From: Veillonellaceae bacterium
GTDB lineage: Bacteria; Bacillota; Negativicutes; JAAYSF01
Assembly: GCA_012523975.1 (NCBI GenBank)
Contig: JAAYSF010000050.1
Location: 21,497 to 85,496 of the forward strand
Direction: 5' to 3'
Length of the DNA: 64,000 nucleotides
The notes beneath the pieces were generated by a model. The model was not told the origin of the DNA and searched no databases. It was given only the letters and a program-made list of their open reading frames with translations. A program made the position numbers and the translations under genes. Of this stretch, positions 1 to 8,163 are shown piece by piece. Position 1 is the first letter of the stretch, and each line of letters opens with the position of its first letter.

Positions 1-173
1 CGATAAGGGTACGAAAAAACGAGAATAACAAAACTATGCTTTTTCGTACATAAACCATGGTGCTTTAATGGCCTTTTCTGGAAGACTGGGCCTAGACTTT
101 TTTTGTTACTTTTTGGGGCAATGCCAAAAGTAACTCCCTATACATAATTAACATAAATAATGGAAAAGATAAA

Positions 174-956
174 ATGCCGCGAGAGCGGCGAGGAGGATAT
201 TATATGGCAGAATCTAGTGAGATTATCATAGGCCGCAATAGTGTGGCAGAAGCCTTAAAGAGCGGGCGGTCAATAAATAAATTATTTGTGGCAAAGGGGC
301 AGCGCCAGGGCTCGGTAAAAACGCTCATCGGTGAGGCGCGCGAGCTTGGATTGGTAGTGCAAGAAGTCGACTCGGCAAAACTTGACGAACTGGCCGGCAA
401 TAGCCGGCATCAGGGTATAGTAGCTATGGTGGCGCCTATCACCTACGTTGAAGTTGAAGATATTTTAGCAGCAGCGGCTGCCAAAAATGAGCCGCCGTTT
501 ATTGTAATCCTTGATGAATTGGAAGATCCCCATAATGTTGGTGCTATACTGCGCAGTGCTGATGCTGCCGGTGTACATGGCGTTCTTCTGCCAAAACGCC
601 GAAGCTGTCCGATTTCGGCTACGGTGGCTAAAACCTCGGCCGGTGCTGTTGAATATGTGCCGATTGCCAGAATCGGCAATATCACTCAGACAATTAAGCA
701 GCTCAAGGCTGCCGGTTTATGGATTGTCGGTGCTGATATGGATGGCGCAAAAGAGTATTATGATACCGATTTGACAGGTCCAGTCGCTGTAATAATTGGC
801 AGTGAAGGAAAAGGTATGGGGCGGCTCATTAAGGAGCAATGCGACTTTATAGTGCGAATTCCAATGAGAGGCCAGATAAACTCATTAAACGCTTCAGTAG
901 CATGTTCACTATTATTGTACGAAATCTTGAGGCAACGGGAGCTGAAGACTAGGTGA
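174..956 (+). CDS. rlmB: 23S rRNA (guanosine-2'-O)-methyltransferase, SpoU/TrmH family (RlmB/YacO-like)
   Basis: 260-aa ORF with an N-terminal substrate-binding region (IIGRNSVAEAL) and SpoU motifs (LDELEDPHNVGAILRSA, IIGSEGKGM, SLNASVA). It sits upstream of yacP-sigH, as B. subtilis yacO does. The start may be ATG 204. Confidence 0.85.
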   Translation: MPRERRGGYYMAESSEIIIGRNSVAEALKSGRSINKLFVAKGQRQGSVKTLIGEARELGLVVQEVDSAKLDELAGNSRHQGIVAMVAPITYVEVEDILAAAAAKNEPPFIVILDELEDPHNVGAILRSADAAGVHGVLLPKRRSCPISATVAKTSAGAVEYVPIARIGNITQTIKQLKAAGLWIVGADMDGAKEYYDTDLTGPVAVIIGSEGKGMGRLIKEQCDFIVRIPMRGQINSLNASVACSLLLYEILRQRELKTR

Positions 957-2302
957 ACAAACGGTGGCTGCGTACCGTGGCAGCCTTAGCGATACTAGCA
1001 TCTCTGACGGGCGGTTATGCTTTAACGAAGCCGCTTTTTGGGGACAGAGTATACGCTGGGGTAGCCTTAGAAGGAGTAGAACTTGGCGGTCGGGGCAAAG
1101 AAGAAGTTAAACAAATTCTGGCTGTTTGGAATAAGCAGCAGCAGAATAAGCAAATTACCGTTTACTATGGCGATACAATTTTTAAAGTTGACGCGCAGAG
1201 TATTGAATTTACCATCGATGTTGATGGTACCCTTGAGGAAGTGTGGGGAGTCGGCAGACGCGGTACACTCCTTGAACGGATAAAAAATATTCACGCAGCG
1301 CTTAATCAGGGGTATCGCATCCCCCTGCGTGTCAGCTATAATGAGAGTAAATTGGATAATTTGGTAGATGTATGGCGTGATGAAATTGACCGACCGGCTA
1401 AGAACGCAGCTCTCAGTATTGTTACTGGCGGTATAATTCCCCAGGAACAAGGCCGGAAACTTGATATAGAAGGTCTTCGCCCTCTTGTTTTACAGGCGCT
1501 TAAACGGCCTGAGGTTAATAATGTTCCCCTGCCGGTAACGCTCGTTTATCCGTCCATAACGGTAAATGATGTAGCGCGAACGGGAATTAAGGAACTTCTC
1601 GGCAGTTATACAACTGCTTTTAATACCAAGGAAAGTAATCGAACGGCAAATATAAAACTAGCTGCATGGAAAATTAACGGGCATATAGTTTATCCTGGCG
1701 AGACTTTTTCCTTTAATGAAATAGTTGGGCCGCGGGAAAAAGACTATGGGTTTAAGGAAGCTATGGAATTTGTCGACGGTGAACTGGTTCCAGGCATTGG
1801 CGGGGGAGTCTGCCAAGTATCTTCAACCATTTATAATGCCGTACTCTTGGCTAACCTAAATGTTATTGAGCGCTATAATCATTCCAAGCCGCTTGGTTAT
1901 GTCCCGCTCGGACGCGACGCCACTGTTGTTTATGGCGCGCTTGACTTTAAATTCTCCAATAATACTGATAAGCCTATCATGGTAATGGCTGAGGTTGAGG
2001 GTAATAAATTGCATGTGGGTATATTTGGCCAAACCCGCCTGCCGGAAAGTATCGAAATATTATCGGCCAACAAACAGGTTATTCCCCCGGCCGTTGTCAA
2101 ACAGCCAGATGCTACCTTGTTTTTAGGTGAAACAAAAGTGGACAAGCAAGGGAAACCTGGCTATGAGATAACAACTATCAGAGTAGTTCGTCAGGGCGGC
2201 CAGGAAATAAGACGGGAAGTATTGTCAAAGGATCGCTATCTGCCTGACAATACCATAATTAAGGTTGGCAACAAATTGCCGCCGTTTGCTGTTAATAAAT
2301 GA
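953..2302 (+). CDS. VanW-family protein with N-terminal membrane anchor and C-terminal G5-like domain (YoaR-like)
   Basis: 449-aa ORF. The GTG start overlaps the rlmB stop (GTGA). It has a hydrophobic N-terminus, a VanW-like core (GETFSFNEIVGPR...GGGVCQVSSTIYNA) and a G5-like tail (KQGKPGYEITTIRVV). Confidence 0.7.
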   Translation: MNKRWLRTVAALAILASLTGGYALTKPLFGDRVYAGVALEGVELGGRGKEEVKQILAVWNKQQQNKQITVYYGDTIFKVDAQSIEFTIDVDGTLEEVWGVGRRGTLLERIKNIHAALNQGYRIPLRVSYNESKLDNLVDVWRDEIDRPAKNAALSIVTGGIIPQEQGRKLDIEGLRPLVLQALKRPEVNNVPLPVTLVYPSITVNDVARTGIKELLGSYTTAFNTKESNRTANIKLAAWKINGHIVYPGETFSFNEIVGPREKDYGFKEAMEFVDGELVPGIGGGVCQVSSTIYNAVLLANLNVIERYNHSKPLGYVPLGRDATVVYGALDFKFSNNTDKPIMVMAEVEGNKLHVGIFGQTRLPESIEILSANKQVIPPAVVKQPDATLFLGETKVDKQGKPGYEITTIRVVRQGGQEIRREVLSKDRYLPDNTIIKVGNKLPPFAVNK

Positions 2303-2317
2303 AGTACTGATTGAAGA

Positions 2318-2854
2318 ATGGGAGAGCGCAATATGGGTAAAGACAAAGAAGCCCTGCTTGTTGACGGGTATAATGTTATAAACGCCTGGCCTGAGCTTAT
2401 GGTGCTTAATGATCTTGAACATTCCCGCGATAAGCTAATAGATATTATGGCTAACTATGGTTCATATCATGGTTATAATGTTTTGATCGTTTTTGATGCG
2501 CATGGTGTGTCCGGGGCTGTCACCGAGCAGCATATTTATAATGACGTAAATGTAGTTTTTACCGGTGAAGGTGAGACTGCTGATAGTTATATTGAAAGAA
2601 CAGCCTACAACCTGGTTCGCCAGGGTGAGAGGGTCTATGTGGTGACGTCTGATTGGGCTGAACAGCTGGTAATATTGGGGGCGGGGGCTTTTCGGATTCC
2701 AGCGCGGGAACTAATCTGCGATGTGAAACGGGTTAACAAACTAGTACAGGAAAGGTTTGCCGAGTCGGCCTTGAAATCTCGGCGTCATGAACTGGGAAAC
2801 CGCTTAAACAGTGAGGTCGCTAAACGCTTGGACGACCTCCGGCGCGGACGTTAG
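2318..2854 (+). CDS. yacP: NYN-domain ribonuclease-like protein (YacP/Rae1 family)
   Basis: 178-aa ORF with LLVDGYNVINAW...VIVFDAH...VVFTGEGETADSYIE...VVTSD, typical of YacP. Conserved position directly upstream of sigH. The start may be ATG 2333. Confidence 0.75.
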   Translation: MGERNMGKDKEALLVDGYNVINAWPELMVLNDLEHSRDKLIDIMANYGSYHGYNVLIVFDAHGVSGAVTEQHIYNDVNVVFTGEGETADSYIERTAYNLVRQGERVYVVTSDWAEQLVILGAGAFRIPARELICDVKRVNKLVQERFAESALKSRRHELGNRLNSEVAKRLDDLRRGR

Positions 2855-2867
2855 GAAAGAAGTTGGG

Positions 2868-2897
2868 CTTGACTAAGTAAAGGGGGGTAGGGTATAA
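2868..2897 (+). promoter_or_regulatory. putative sigma-A type promoter upstream of sigH
   Basis: TTGACT (2868-2873), an 18-nt spacer, then TATAAT (2892-2897). Confidence 0.4.
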
Positions 2898-2997
2898 TTT
2901 GCTTGAATGAAGCATGTACCCGTTATTTTTTAGGCACTAATTAGCTTTTAGTGCATTTTCTTTTTCTTAGTGTAATTTGGAAAGTGGGGGAGATGCG

Positions 2998-3726
2998 ATG
3001 CGGGTTAATACTCAATGCGCACTGTACAGTTCTTTTGAGAATATGACTGATGAAGAAATAGTTGCTGATGCCAAAGATAACAACAATACAGTCGCACTGG
3101 ATTATCTTATTAACAAGTACCGCAACTTCGTTCGAGCTAAAGCCAGATCATATTTTTTAATTGGTGCCGACCGTGAGGATATCATTCAAGAAGGCATGAT
3201 TGGATTATATAAAGCGATCAGGGATTTTCGGAACGATAAACTCTCGTCTTTTAGAGCTTTCGCGGAGTTATGCGTAACCAGGCAGATTATTACGGCTATA
3301 AAGACAGCGACCAGGCAAAAGCATATTCCTTTGAACTCATATGTTTCATTAAATAAGCCGATATATGATGAAGATTCTGACCGTACCCTATTAGATGTGC
3401 TGTCAGGCTCTAAAATTACCGATCCGGAGGAACTTGTAATCAGCCGGGAAGAGTTTATCGATATCGAAGAAAAGATGGGGCAGATTCTAAGCGACCTTGA
3501 ATGGAAGGTACTCATGGCCTATCTTGATGGTAAGTCGTATCAAGAGATAGCTATTGAGCTTAAACGACATGTTAAATCAATTGATAATGCTTTACAGCGG
3601 GTTAAGCGAAAGCTTGAGCGCTACCTTGACAATCGTGGTGAGGAAACTGCCGGTAGTTGTACTAAGAGCATAAATACTAAAGAACTGCAAATGGGATTTA
3701 GTGAATACCATATCGACGAAGACTAG
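2998..3726 (+). CDS. sigH: RNA polymerase sporulation sigma factor SigH
   Basis: LDYLINKYRNFVRAKARSYFLIGADREDIIQEGMIGLYKAIRDF is near-identical to B. subtilis Spo0H. ATG 2998 lies 7 nt after the GTGGGGGA ribosome-binding site. The ORF track extends it to TTG 2977. Confidence 0.9.
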   Translation: MRVNTQCALYSSFENMTDEEIVADAKDNNNTVALDYLINKYRNFVRAKARSYFLIGADREDIIQEGMIGLYKAIRDFRNDKLSSFRAFAELCVTRQIITAIKTATRQKHIPLNSYVSLNKPIYDEDSDRTLLDVLSGSKITDPEELVISREEFIDIEEKMGQILSDLEWKVLMAYLDGKSYQEIAIELKRHVKSIDNALQRVKRKLERYLDNRGEETAGSCTKSINTKELQMGFSEYHIDED

Positions 3727-3738
3727 TTATACAAAAAT

Positions 3739-3763
3739 GACATCCAAGCGGGTGTCTTTTTTT
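3739..3763 (+). terminator. intrinsic terminator after sigH
   Basis: GACATCC/GGGTGTC stem (one G-U pair), AAGC loop, then T7. Confidence 0.7.
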
Positions 3764-3809
3764 GTAATCTTAGATGTATTGAGAAAATGTGATTTTGAGG
3801 TGAATATAG

Positions 3810-4898
3810 ATGAACAAAATCAAGCGTATCGGCGTTCTAACGGGCGGGGGCGATTGTCCGGGTTTAAACGCTGTTATCCGAGCAGCAGCTCGTACGGCGC
3901 TCGGTTATGGTATCAAAGTAACGGGGATTAGGAATGGCTTTGGCGGGCTTGTTGAGAATCAGATGGTTGAATTAACTTTAGCTCATGTTTCGGGCATCTT
4001 GCCAAGAGGCGGCACTATACTGGGAACAACTAATCGGGATAATCCATTCAGCTATCGGGTAACAGAAAACGGACAAACCACTTATCGCGACATGTCAGGG
4101 CAAGCGCTGCAGAATCTTAAAGCGGCAAAGATAGATGCTTTGGTAGTCATCGGTGGCGACGGTACGCTTAAGATAGGTGCTGAGTTTGGCGATTTAGGTT
4201 TTCCGGTAGTTGCTGTTCCTAAAACAATTGATAATGACATAGCCGGTACTGAGCGGACGTTTGGTTTTGACACAGCCGTATCAATAGCTACCGAGGCTTT
4301 AGACCGCTTACATACAACAGCAGAATCTCACCACCGGGTCATGATCTTAGAAGTTATGGGCCGCTATGCCGGGTGGATTGCCATTCATTCGGGGTTGGCC
4401 GGCGGAGCTGACTGCATTTTAATTCCTGAGATTCCGTACGACATTTCAGCAGTGCTGGCTAAAATTCAACAACGTAAAGAACAAGGTAAACTTTTTAGCA
4501 TCATTGTAGTGGCCGAAGGGGCTAAACCTGTCGGCGGAGAGTTGGTTGGAACAGCTGCTGCTACCGGAAGTAGCGAGAAAATTCGTCTAGGCGGTATTGG
4601 CGAGAAACTGGCTAAGGAAATAGAGATTCTTGGCAATGTTGAAACGAGATGCACTGTCTTGGGCCACCTTCAGCGCGGCGGCAGCCCGACAGCCTTTGAC
4701 CGGGTTCTAGCTACCCGGTACGGGACAGCGGTAATTGAATGTTTACTGCAAGGCAAAAGTGGACATATGGTAGCGCTTGAGAAAAACCATATTATTAGTC
4801 TGCCGTTCCGCCAAGTTGCTGGTAAGGCGAGTAATGTGCCAATAGACGGTGAACTTGTAAAGGCGGGGCGTCTAATTGGTATTTGCTTTGGGGACTAA
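3810..4898 (+). CDS. pfkA: ATP-dependent 6-phosphofructokinase
   Basis: GVLTGGGDCPGLNAVIR, VIGGDGTL (the Gly at the ATP/PPi discriminating position) and PKTIDNDI motifs. Confidence 0.88.
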   Translation: MNKIKRIGVLTGGGDCPGLNAVIRAAARTALGYGIKVTGIRNGFGGLVENQMVELTLAHVSGILPRGGTILGTTNRDNPFSYRVTENGQTTYRDMSGQALQNLKAAKIDALVVIGGDGTLKIGAEFGDLGFPVVAVPKTIDNDIAGTERTFGFDTAVSIATEALDRLHTTAESHHRVMILEVMGRYAGWIAIHSGLAGGADCILIPEIPYDISAVLAKIQQRKEQGKLFSIIVVAEGAKPVGGELVGTAAATGSSEKIRLGGIGEKLAKEIEILGNVETRCTVLGHLQRGGSPTAFDRVLATRYGTAVIECLLQGKSGHMVALEKNHIISLPFRQVAGKASNVPIDGELVKAGRLIGICFGD

Positions 4899-5029
4899 CA
4901 TATTTCAGACTAATATTGCATAGGGTTGAATAGTTTTAACTATAAGGAACACTTGCATAGTATGCCGGCACCGGATAATACCATAGGCTAGGGGAATAAT
5001 AGGCCTAACGACGGTATGGGGGATTAGCG

Positions 5030-5734
5030 GTGCAGACGCTTGGCATTACGGTGTTTCACATTATTGTTACAATGATTGTTCTGCTGGCTATGTCGCTCCT
5101 AATGGGTAAGCGACATGTTGGCGAACTTACCCTACTGGACTTAATTGTTTCGATAACTATTGGCACGGTTGCCGGTGCTGGGATTGTTGACCCAAGCATT
5201 GATTTAGTCACAGTAGTTATTAGTATCGTAATCCTGGGTTTTGCTCAATATATTATAAGCTGGGTTACAATAAAGGACCGTAAATTACAGCGCAAAATCA
5301 TGCACGAACCTACTGTGCTTATTGAGAATGGCGTGATAATTAAGGCCAATCTGCAAAAAGTAAGGTTGCCGCTTGAAAGTGTGCTGGGCCTTTTACGTGA
5401 AAAGGAGATATTTGATATAACCGAAGTAGAACTGGCCATATTAGAGCCCCATGGTAAGCTAAGTGTTCTCAAAAAGGCTAAATTTAAGCCGCTGAATGCT
5501 TCGCAGGTCAATCTTGCTGTTCCTTCGAATAAAATCTTAACGCCTGTAATAATCGAAGGTGAATTACAAACGAAAAACCTCGAACAAATGGGATTTTCAG
5601 CCTCTCAGATTGAAGAGTTTGGTAAGCAGTACCAAGAGATACTCGCCAATGTGTTTGTAGCTTTTATGGATCAGGATCGTAAGTTGTACGTTTTTAACCA
5701 AGACGCGAAGGAAAAGGGGATTTTCTGCCATTAG
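5030..5734 (+). CDS. DUF421 (YetF-family) membrane protein
   Basis: 234-aa ORF with three N-terminal hydrophobic segments, then a YetF-like soluble domain (VLIENGVIIKANLQKVRL...LREKEIFDITEVELAILEPHGKLSVLKK). Confidence 0.7.
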   Translation: MQTLGITVFHIIVTMIVLLAMSLLMGKRHVGELTLLDLIVSITIGTVAGAGIVDPSIDLVTVVISIVILGFAQYIISWVTIKDRKLQRKIMHEPTVLIENGVIIKANLQKVRLPLESVLGLLREKEIFDITEVELAILEPHGKLSVLKKAKFKPLNASQVNLAVPSNKILTPVIIEGELQTKNLEQMGFSASQIEEFGKQYQEILANVFVAFMDQDRKLYVFNQDAKEKGIFCH

Positions 5735-5789
5735 TTTAAATGCAGTATATATAATGGGGCTTTTGCCGATTCTTAGTGGATTTAAATTG

Positions 5790-5817
5790 TTGAAATTAGC
5801 ATTAATTGGTGTATAAT
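5790..5817 (+). promoter_or_regulatory. putative sigma-A type promoter upstream of uppP
   Basis: TTGAAA (5790-5795), a 16-nt spacer, then TATAAT (5812-5817). Confidence 0.4.
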
Positions 5818-5855
5818 GAGACGTGCATGCTTGGAACTAACTACAAAGGTGGGGA

Positions 5856-6656
5856 ATGATGGACCAGAATATTATTGCAGTGATTATCGGCATTGTAGAG
5901 GGCTTGACCGAGTTTTTGCCAATTTCTTCGACCGGACATATGATTCTAGTCGGGTCGCTATTAGATTTTGAAGGTGAAGTTGCCAGTGTGTTTCAGGTGT
6001 TTATTCAACTGGGCGCTATTTTATCAGTGTTTATTTATTATCGTGAAAAGTTTATGACCATGCTGAGCCCGCGCCGAAGCCGTTACAGCGGCGGTTTATC
6101 GCTTATACATATTGCTGCCGGCATAGTTCCGGTAGCAGGGGTTGGCTTTTTATTGCATAGTCTGATTAAGAACTATCTATTCTCGTCATTCACTGTTATT
6201 ATCGGCTTGGTGCTAGGTGGTTTGCTCATGCTGGTAGCAGAGAAATTTGCCACTCGTATAACTGCGCGGACAGTTGACGATATCACACTAAAACAAGCCT
6301 TTTTCGTAGGCTTATTTCAAATTCTTTCGCTGTGGCCGGGTTTTTCCCGTTCGGGCTCGACGATTGCCGGTGGACTATTTTTAGGCATGAGCAGAACAGC
6401 AGCTGCGGAGTTTTCTTTTATAATAGCGGTGCCGTTAATGCTGCTAGCTTGCATATATGATTTGCTCAAAGTGTTACATAAACTGTCGATTGCCGATTTA
6501 GAGATGTTTGCGATTGGCTTTATAGTATCGTTTATTGTTGCCTATGTTTCAATTGTGTGGTTTCTACGGTTTCTTAATAACTCGACACTGGCCTCCTTTG
6601 CCTACTACAGATTTATTTTGGCAGCATTCTCGTATTATTATTTCTTCCTGAGGTAA
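5856..6656 (+). CDS. uppP: undecaprenyl-diphosphate phosphatase
   Basis: 266-aa polytopic ORF with BacA/UppP motifs (GLTEFLPISSTGHM, PGFSRSGSTI). Confidence 0.9.
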   Translation: MMDQNIIAVIIGIVEGLTEFLPISSTGHMILVGSLLDFEGEVASVFQVFIQLGAILSVFIYYREKFMTMLSPRRSRYSGGLSLIHIAAGIVPVAGVGFLLHSLIKNYLFSSFTVIIGLVLGGLLMLVAEKFATRITARTVDDITLKQAFFVGLFQILSLWPGFSRSGSTIAGGLFLGMSRTAAAEFSFIIAVPLMLLACIYDLLKVLHKLSIADLEMFAIGFIVSFIVAYVSIVWFLRFLNNSTLASFAYYRFILAAFSYYYFFLR

Positions 6657-6680
6657 ACAATAAGGATATTTTAATTCGGT

Positions 6681-6724
6681 AAAACAGGTACGCAAAGGCG
6701 GTCGTTGCGTACCTGTTTTATTTC
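6681..6724 (+). terminator. intrinsic terminator after uppP
   Basis: 15-bp stem AAAACAGGTACGCAA/TTGCGTACCTGTTTT followed by a T-rich tail. Confidence 0.75.
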
Positions 6725-6835
6725 CGCCGGTTAGTAGTCGTTTACATATATTACAAGTGTCTTTCGCTTTACAAGTCTAAAATTCTGTGCTAGTATTATG
6801 TATTGTGACTAGGAATTAAATCTGTCGCCAAAAAT

Positions 6836-6920
6836 GGAGGGATTCCCGAGTGGTTAAAGGGAGCAGACTGTAAATCTGCCGGCTCTGCCTTCGAAGGTTC
6901 GAATCCTTCTCCCTCCACCA
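6836..6920 (+). tRNA. tRNA-Tyr (GUA), copy 1
   Basis: Read by hand: acceptor GGAGGGA/TCCCTCC, anticodon loop CTGTAAA, long variable arm, T-arm GGTTCGAATCC, encoded CCA. Confidence 0.9.
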
Positions 6921-6981
6921 GTTTTTTCAAGCAGTAGGTATGGTGAACTATTCAACTAGTGCCACCAGACCGATGGCTGAA

Positions 6982-7085
6982 GATAAATGTTCAGATGCTA
7001 GGCGGAAGCGAGGAGGCGCAGCGCGGCGTACTGGAAGTACGTTAGCAAGCCCCCGGAGCGACAACGACGCAGATGAGCGTTTAGC
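6982..7085 (+). ncRNA. unclassified structured element, copy A (AGAUGCUAGGC/GCAGAUG family)
   Basis: Closing helix 6982-6991/7076-7085. Conserved boxes at 6993-7003 and 7069-7075. Central hairpin CGTACT-GGA-AGTACG at 7027-7041. Confidence 0.5.
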
Positions 7086-7100
7086 TTCTGACATCTATAT

Positions 7101-7176
7101 CGCGGGGTGGAGCAGCTGGCAGCTCGTCGGGCTCATAACCCGAAGGTCACAGGTTCAAATCCTGTCCCCGCAACCA
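7101..7176 (+). tRNA. initiator tRNA-fMet (CAU), copy 1
   Basis: CGCGGGG...CCCCGCAACCA with a C1xA72 mismatch. Three G-C pairs in the anticodon stem (GGGCTCATAACCC). Confidence 0.9.
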
Positions 7177-7206
7177 ATCTAATAGTAATAACTTATTAAA
7201 AAGTTA

Positions 7207-7235
7207 TTGACATAAAAGATTCAATGTTATATAAT
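7207..7235 (+). promoter_or_regulatory. consensus sigma-A promoter inside the tRNA array
   Basis: TTGACA (7207-7212), a 17-nt spacer, then TATAAT (7230-7235), about 30 nt upstream of tRNA-Thr. Confidence 0.6.
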
Positions 7236-7264
7236 TAGATTCGTCACTGAAACAAGCTTAAAAT

Positions 7265-7340
7265 GCTGGCTTAGCTCAATTGGTAGAGCAGCTGACTTGT
7301 AATCAGCAGGTTGGGGGTTCAATTCCTCTAGCCAGCTCCA
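7265..7340 (+). tRNA. tRNA-Thr (UGU)
   Basis: GCTGGCTTAGCTCAATTGGTAGAGC..., anticodon loop CTTGTAA, encoded CCA. Confidence 0.88.
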
Positions 7341-7343
7341 TAT

Positions 7344-7428
7344 GGAGGGATTCCCGAGTGGTTAAAGGGAGCAGACTGTAAATCTGCCGGCTCTGCCTTC
7401 GAAGGTTCGAATCCTTCTCCCTCCACCA
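7344..7428 (+). tRNA. tRNA-Tyr (GUA), copy 2
   Basis: Sequence identical to 6836-6920. Confidence 0.9.
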
Positions 7429-7486
7429 TTTTGTTTCAGAATGATATTGGTGGATGATTGACTAATGCCACCAAGCCAATGGCTGG

Positions 7487-7593
7487 ATAGAAATGACTAG
7501 ATGCTAGGCACGACGAGTACCGTAGCGGAGGCGTACTGGGAAGTACGTCGAGCAACGGAACGCAGGAGTAACAACGCAGATGGTCGTTTATAT
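7487..7593 (+). ncRNA. unclassified structured element, copy B
   Basis: Closing helix 7487-7497/7583-7593. Boxes at 7499-7509 and 7576-7582. Hairpin CGTACT-GGGA-AGTACG at 7532-7547. Confidence 0.5.
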
Positions 7594-7607
7594 ACAGACA
7601 TCTATAT

Positions 7608-7683
7608 CGCGGGGTGGAGCAGCTGGCAGCTCGTCGGGCTCATAACCCGAAGGTCACAGGTTCAAATCCTGTCCCCGCAACCA
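7608..7683 (+). tRNA. initiator tRNA-fMet (CAU), copy 2
   Basis: Sequence identical to 7101-7176. Confidence 0.9.
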
Positions 7684-7756
7684 AGTAATTAAAGCGAAAG
7701 CATTAAAATAGATTTTAAGTTGCGCTGGCTTATATTGGCACAAGGCCGCAAACGGA

Positions 7757-7862
7757 TTAGTGGTGTGCAGATGCTAGGCGCGACGAGGATCGTAGCGGAG
7801 ACGTAATGGAATTACGTCGAGCAACGAACCGCAGGAGCAACAACGCAGATGTGCGCCAATAA
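7757..7862 (+). ncRNA. unclassified structured element, copy C
   Basis: Closing helix 7757-7768/7851-7862, with a sequence unrelated to copies A and B. Boxes at 7769-7779 and 7845-7851. Hairpin GACGTAAT-GGA-ATTACGTC at 7800-7818 carries a compensatory C-G to A-U change. Confidence 0.5.
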
Positions 7863-7878
7863 GCTGGTTGCCTGACGT

Positions 7879-7954
7879 GCTGGTGTAGCTCAGTCGGTAG
7901 AGCGTATCCTTGGTAAGGATAAGGTCACCGGTTCAATCCCGGTCATCAGCTCCA
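7879..7954 (+). tRNA. tRNA-Thr (GGU)
   Basis: GCTGGTGTAGCTCAGTCGGTAGAGC..., anticodon loop TTGGTAA, encoded CCA. Confidence 0.88.
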
Positions 7955-7965
7955 CAATACTATAT

Positions 7966-8042
7966 GGCGGCGTAGCTCAGTTGGCTAGAGCATGCGGTTC
8001 ATACCCGCAGTGTCCGGGGTTCAAATCCCTGCGCCGCCACCA
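7966..8042 (+). tRNA. elongator tRNA-Met (CAU)
   Basis: GGCGGCGTAGCTCAGTTGGCTAGAGC..., anticodon loop TTCATAC, fully paired acceptor stem, encoded CCA. It resembles Bacillus elongator tRNA-Met. A lysidine-modified tRNA-Ile2 cannot be strictly excluded. Confidence 0.8.
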
Positions 8043-8163
8043 AATTAAGAAATATTCCTCGCTATATGCGAGGTTTTTTGTATTTTCAGCAGGAGAATTA
8101 AATTGTGTGATAGAATTTAATTTTCTGACAGTTAGTATGCATCAAGAGGGAGCTGAAAGTAAA

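Noticed and set aside
1-173. Two long hairpins upstream of rlmB: GTACGAAAAA…TTTTTCGTAC at 10-50, and GTTACTTTTTGG…CCAAAAGTAAC at about 105-135
   Set aside because: The upstream gene lies outside the window. Neither hairpin has a proper U-tract or a recognisable riboswitch or T-box core. They cannot be interpreted from this fragment alone.
4916-4960. Direct repeat TTGCATAG (4916-4923 and 4953-4960) upstream of the DUF421 gene, considered as a possible operator
   Set aside because: It is only an 8-nt repeat with no dyad symmetry and no recognisable promoter context. That is too weak to call.
6971-6992. Hammerhead-like CUGAAGA string in element copy A
   Set aside because: The string is not conserved in copy B (CUGGAUAGA), C or D. 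No matching GAAA core or three-helix junction could be drawn.
6940-7182. 80-aa ORF, and its sibling at 7501-7692 (63 aa), sharing the C-terminus DIYIAGWSSWQLVGLITRRSQVQILSPQP
   Set aside because: The shared C-terminus is simply a read-through of the two identical initiator tRNA genes. The N-terminal parts cover the structured spacers, have no ribosome-binding site, and are not conserved as protein between the two copies.
7981-8163. N-terminal 61-residue extension of the tuf ORF in the ORF track
   Set aside because: The extension starts inside tRNA-Met. The canonical EF-Tu N-terminus [12 protein letters not shown] begins at ATG 8164.
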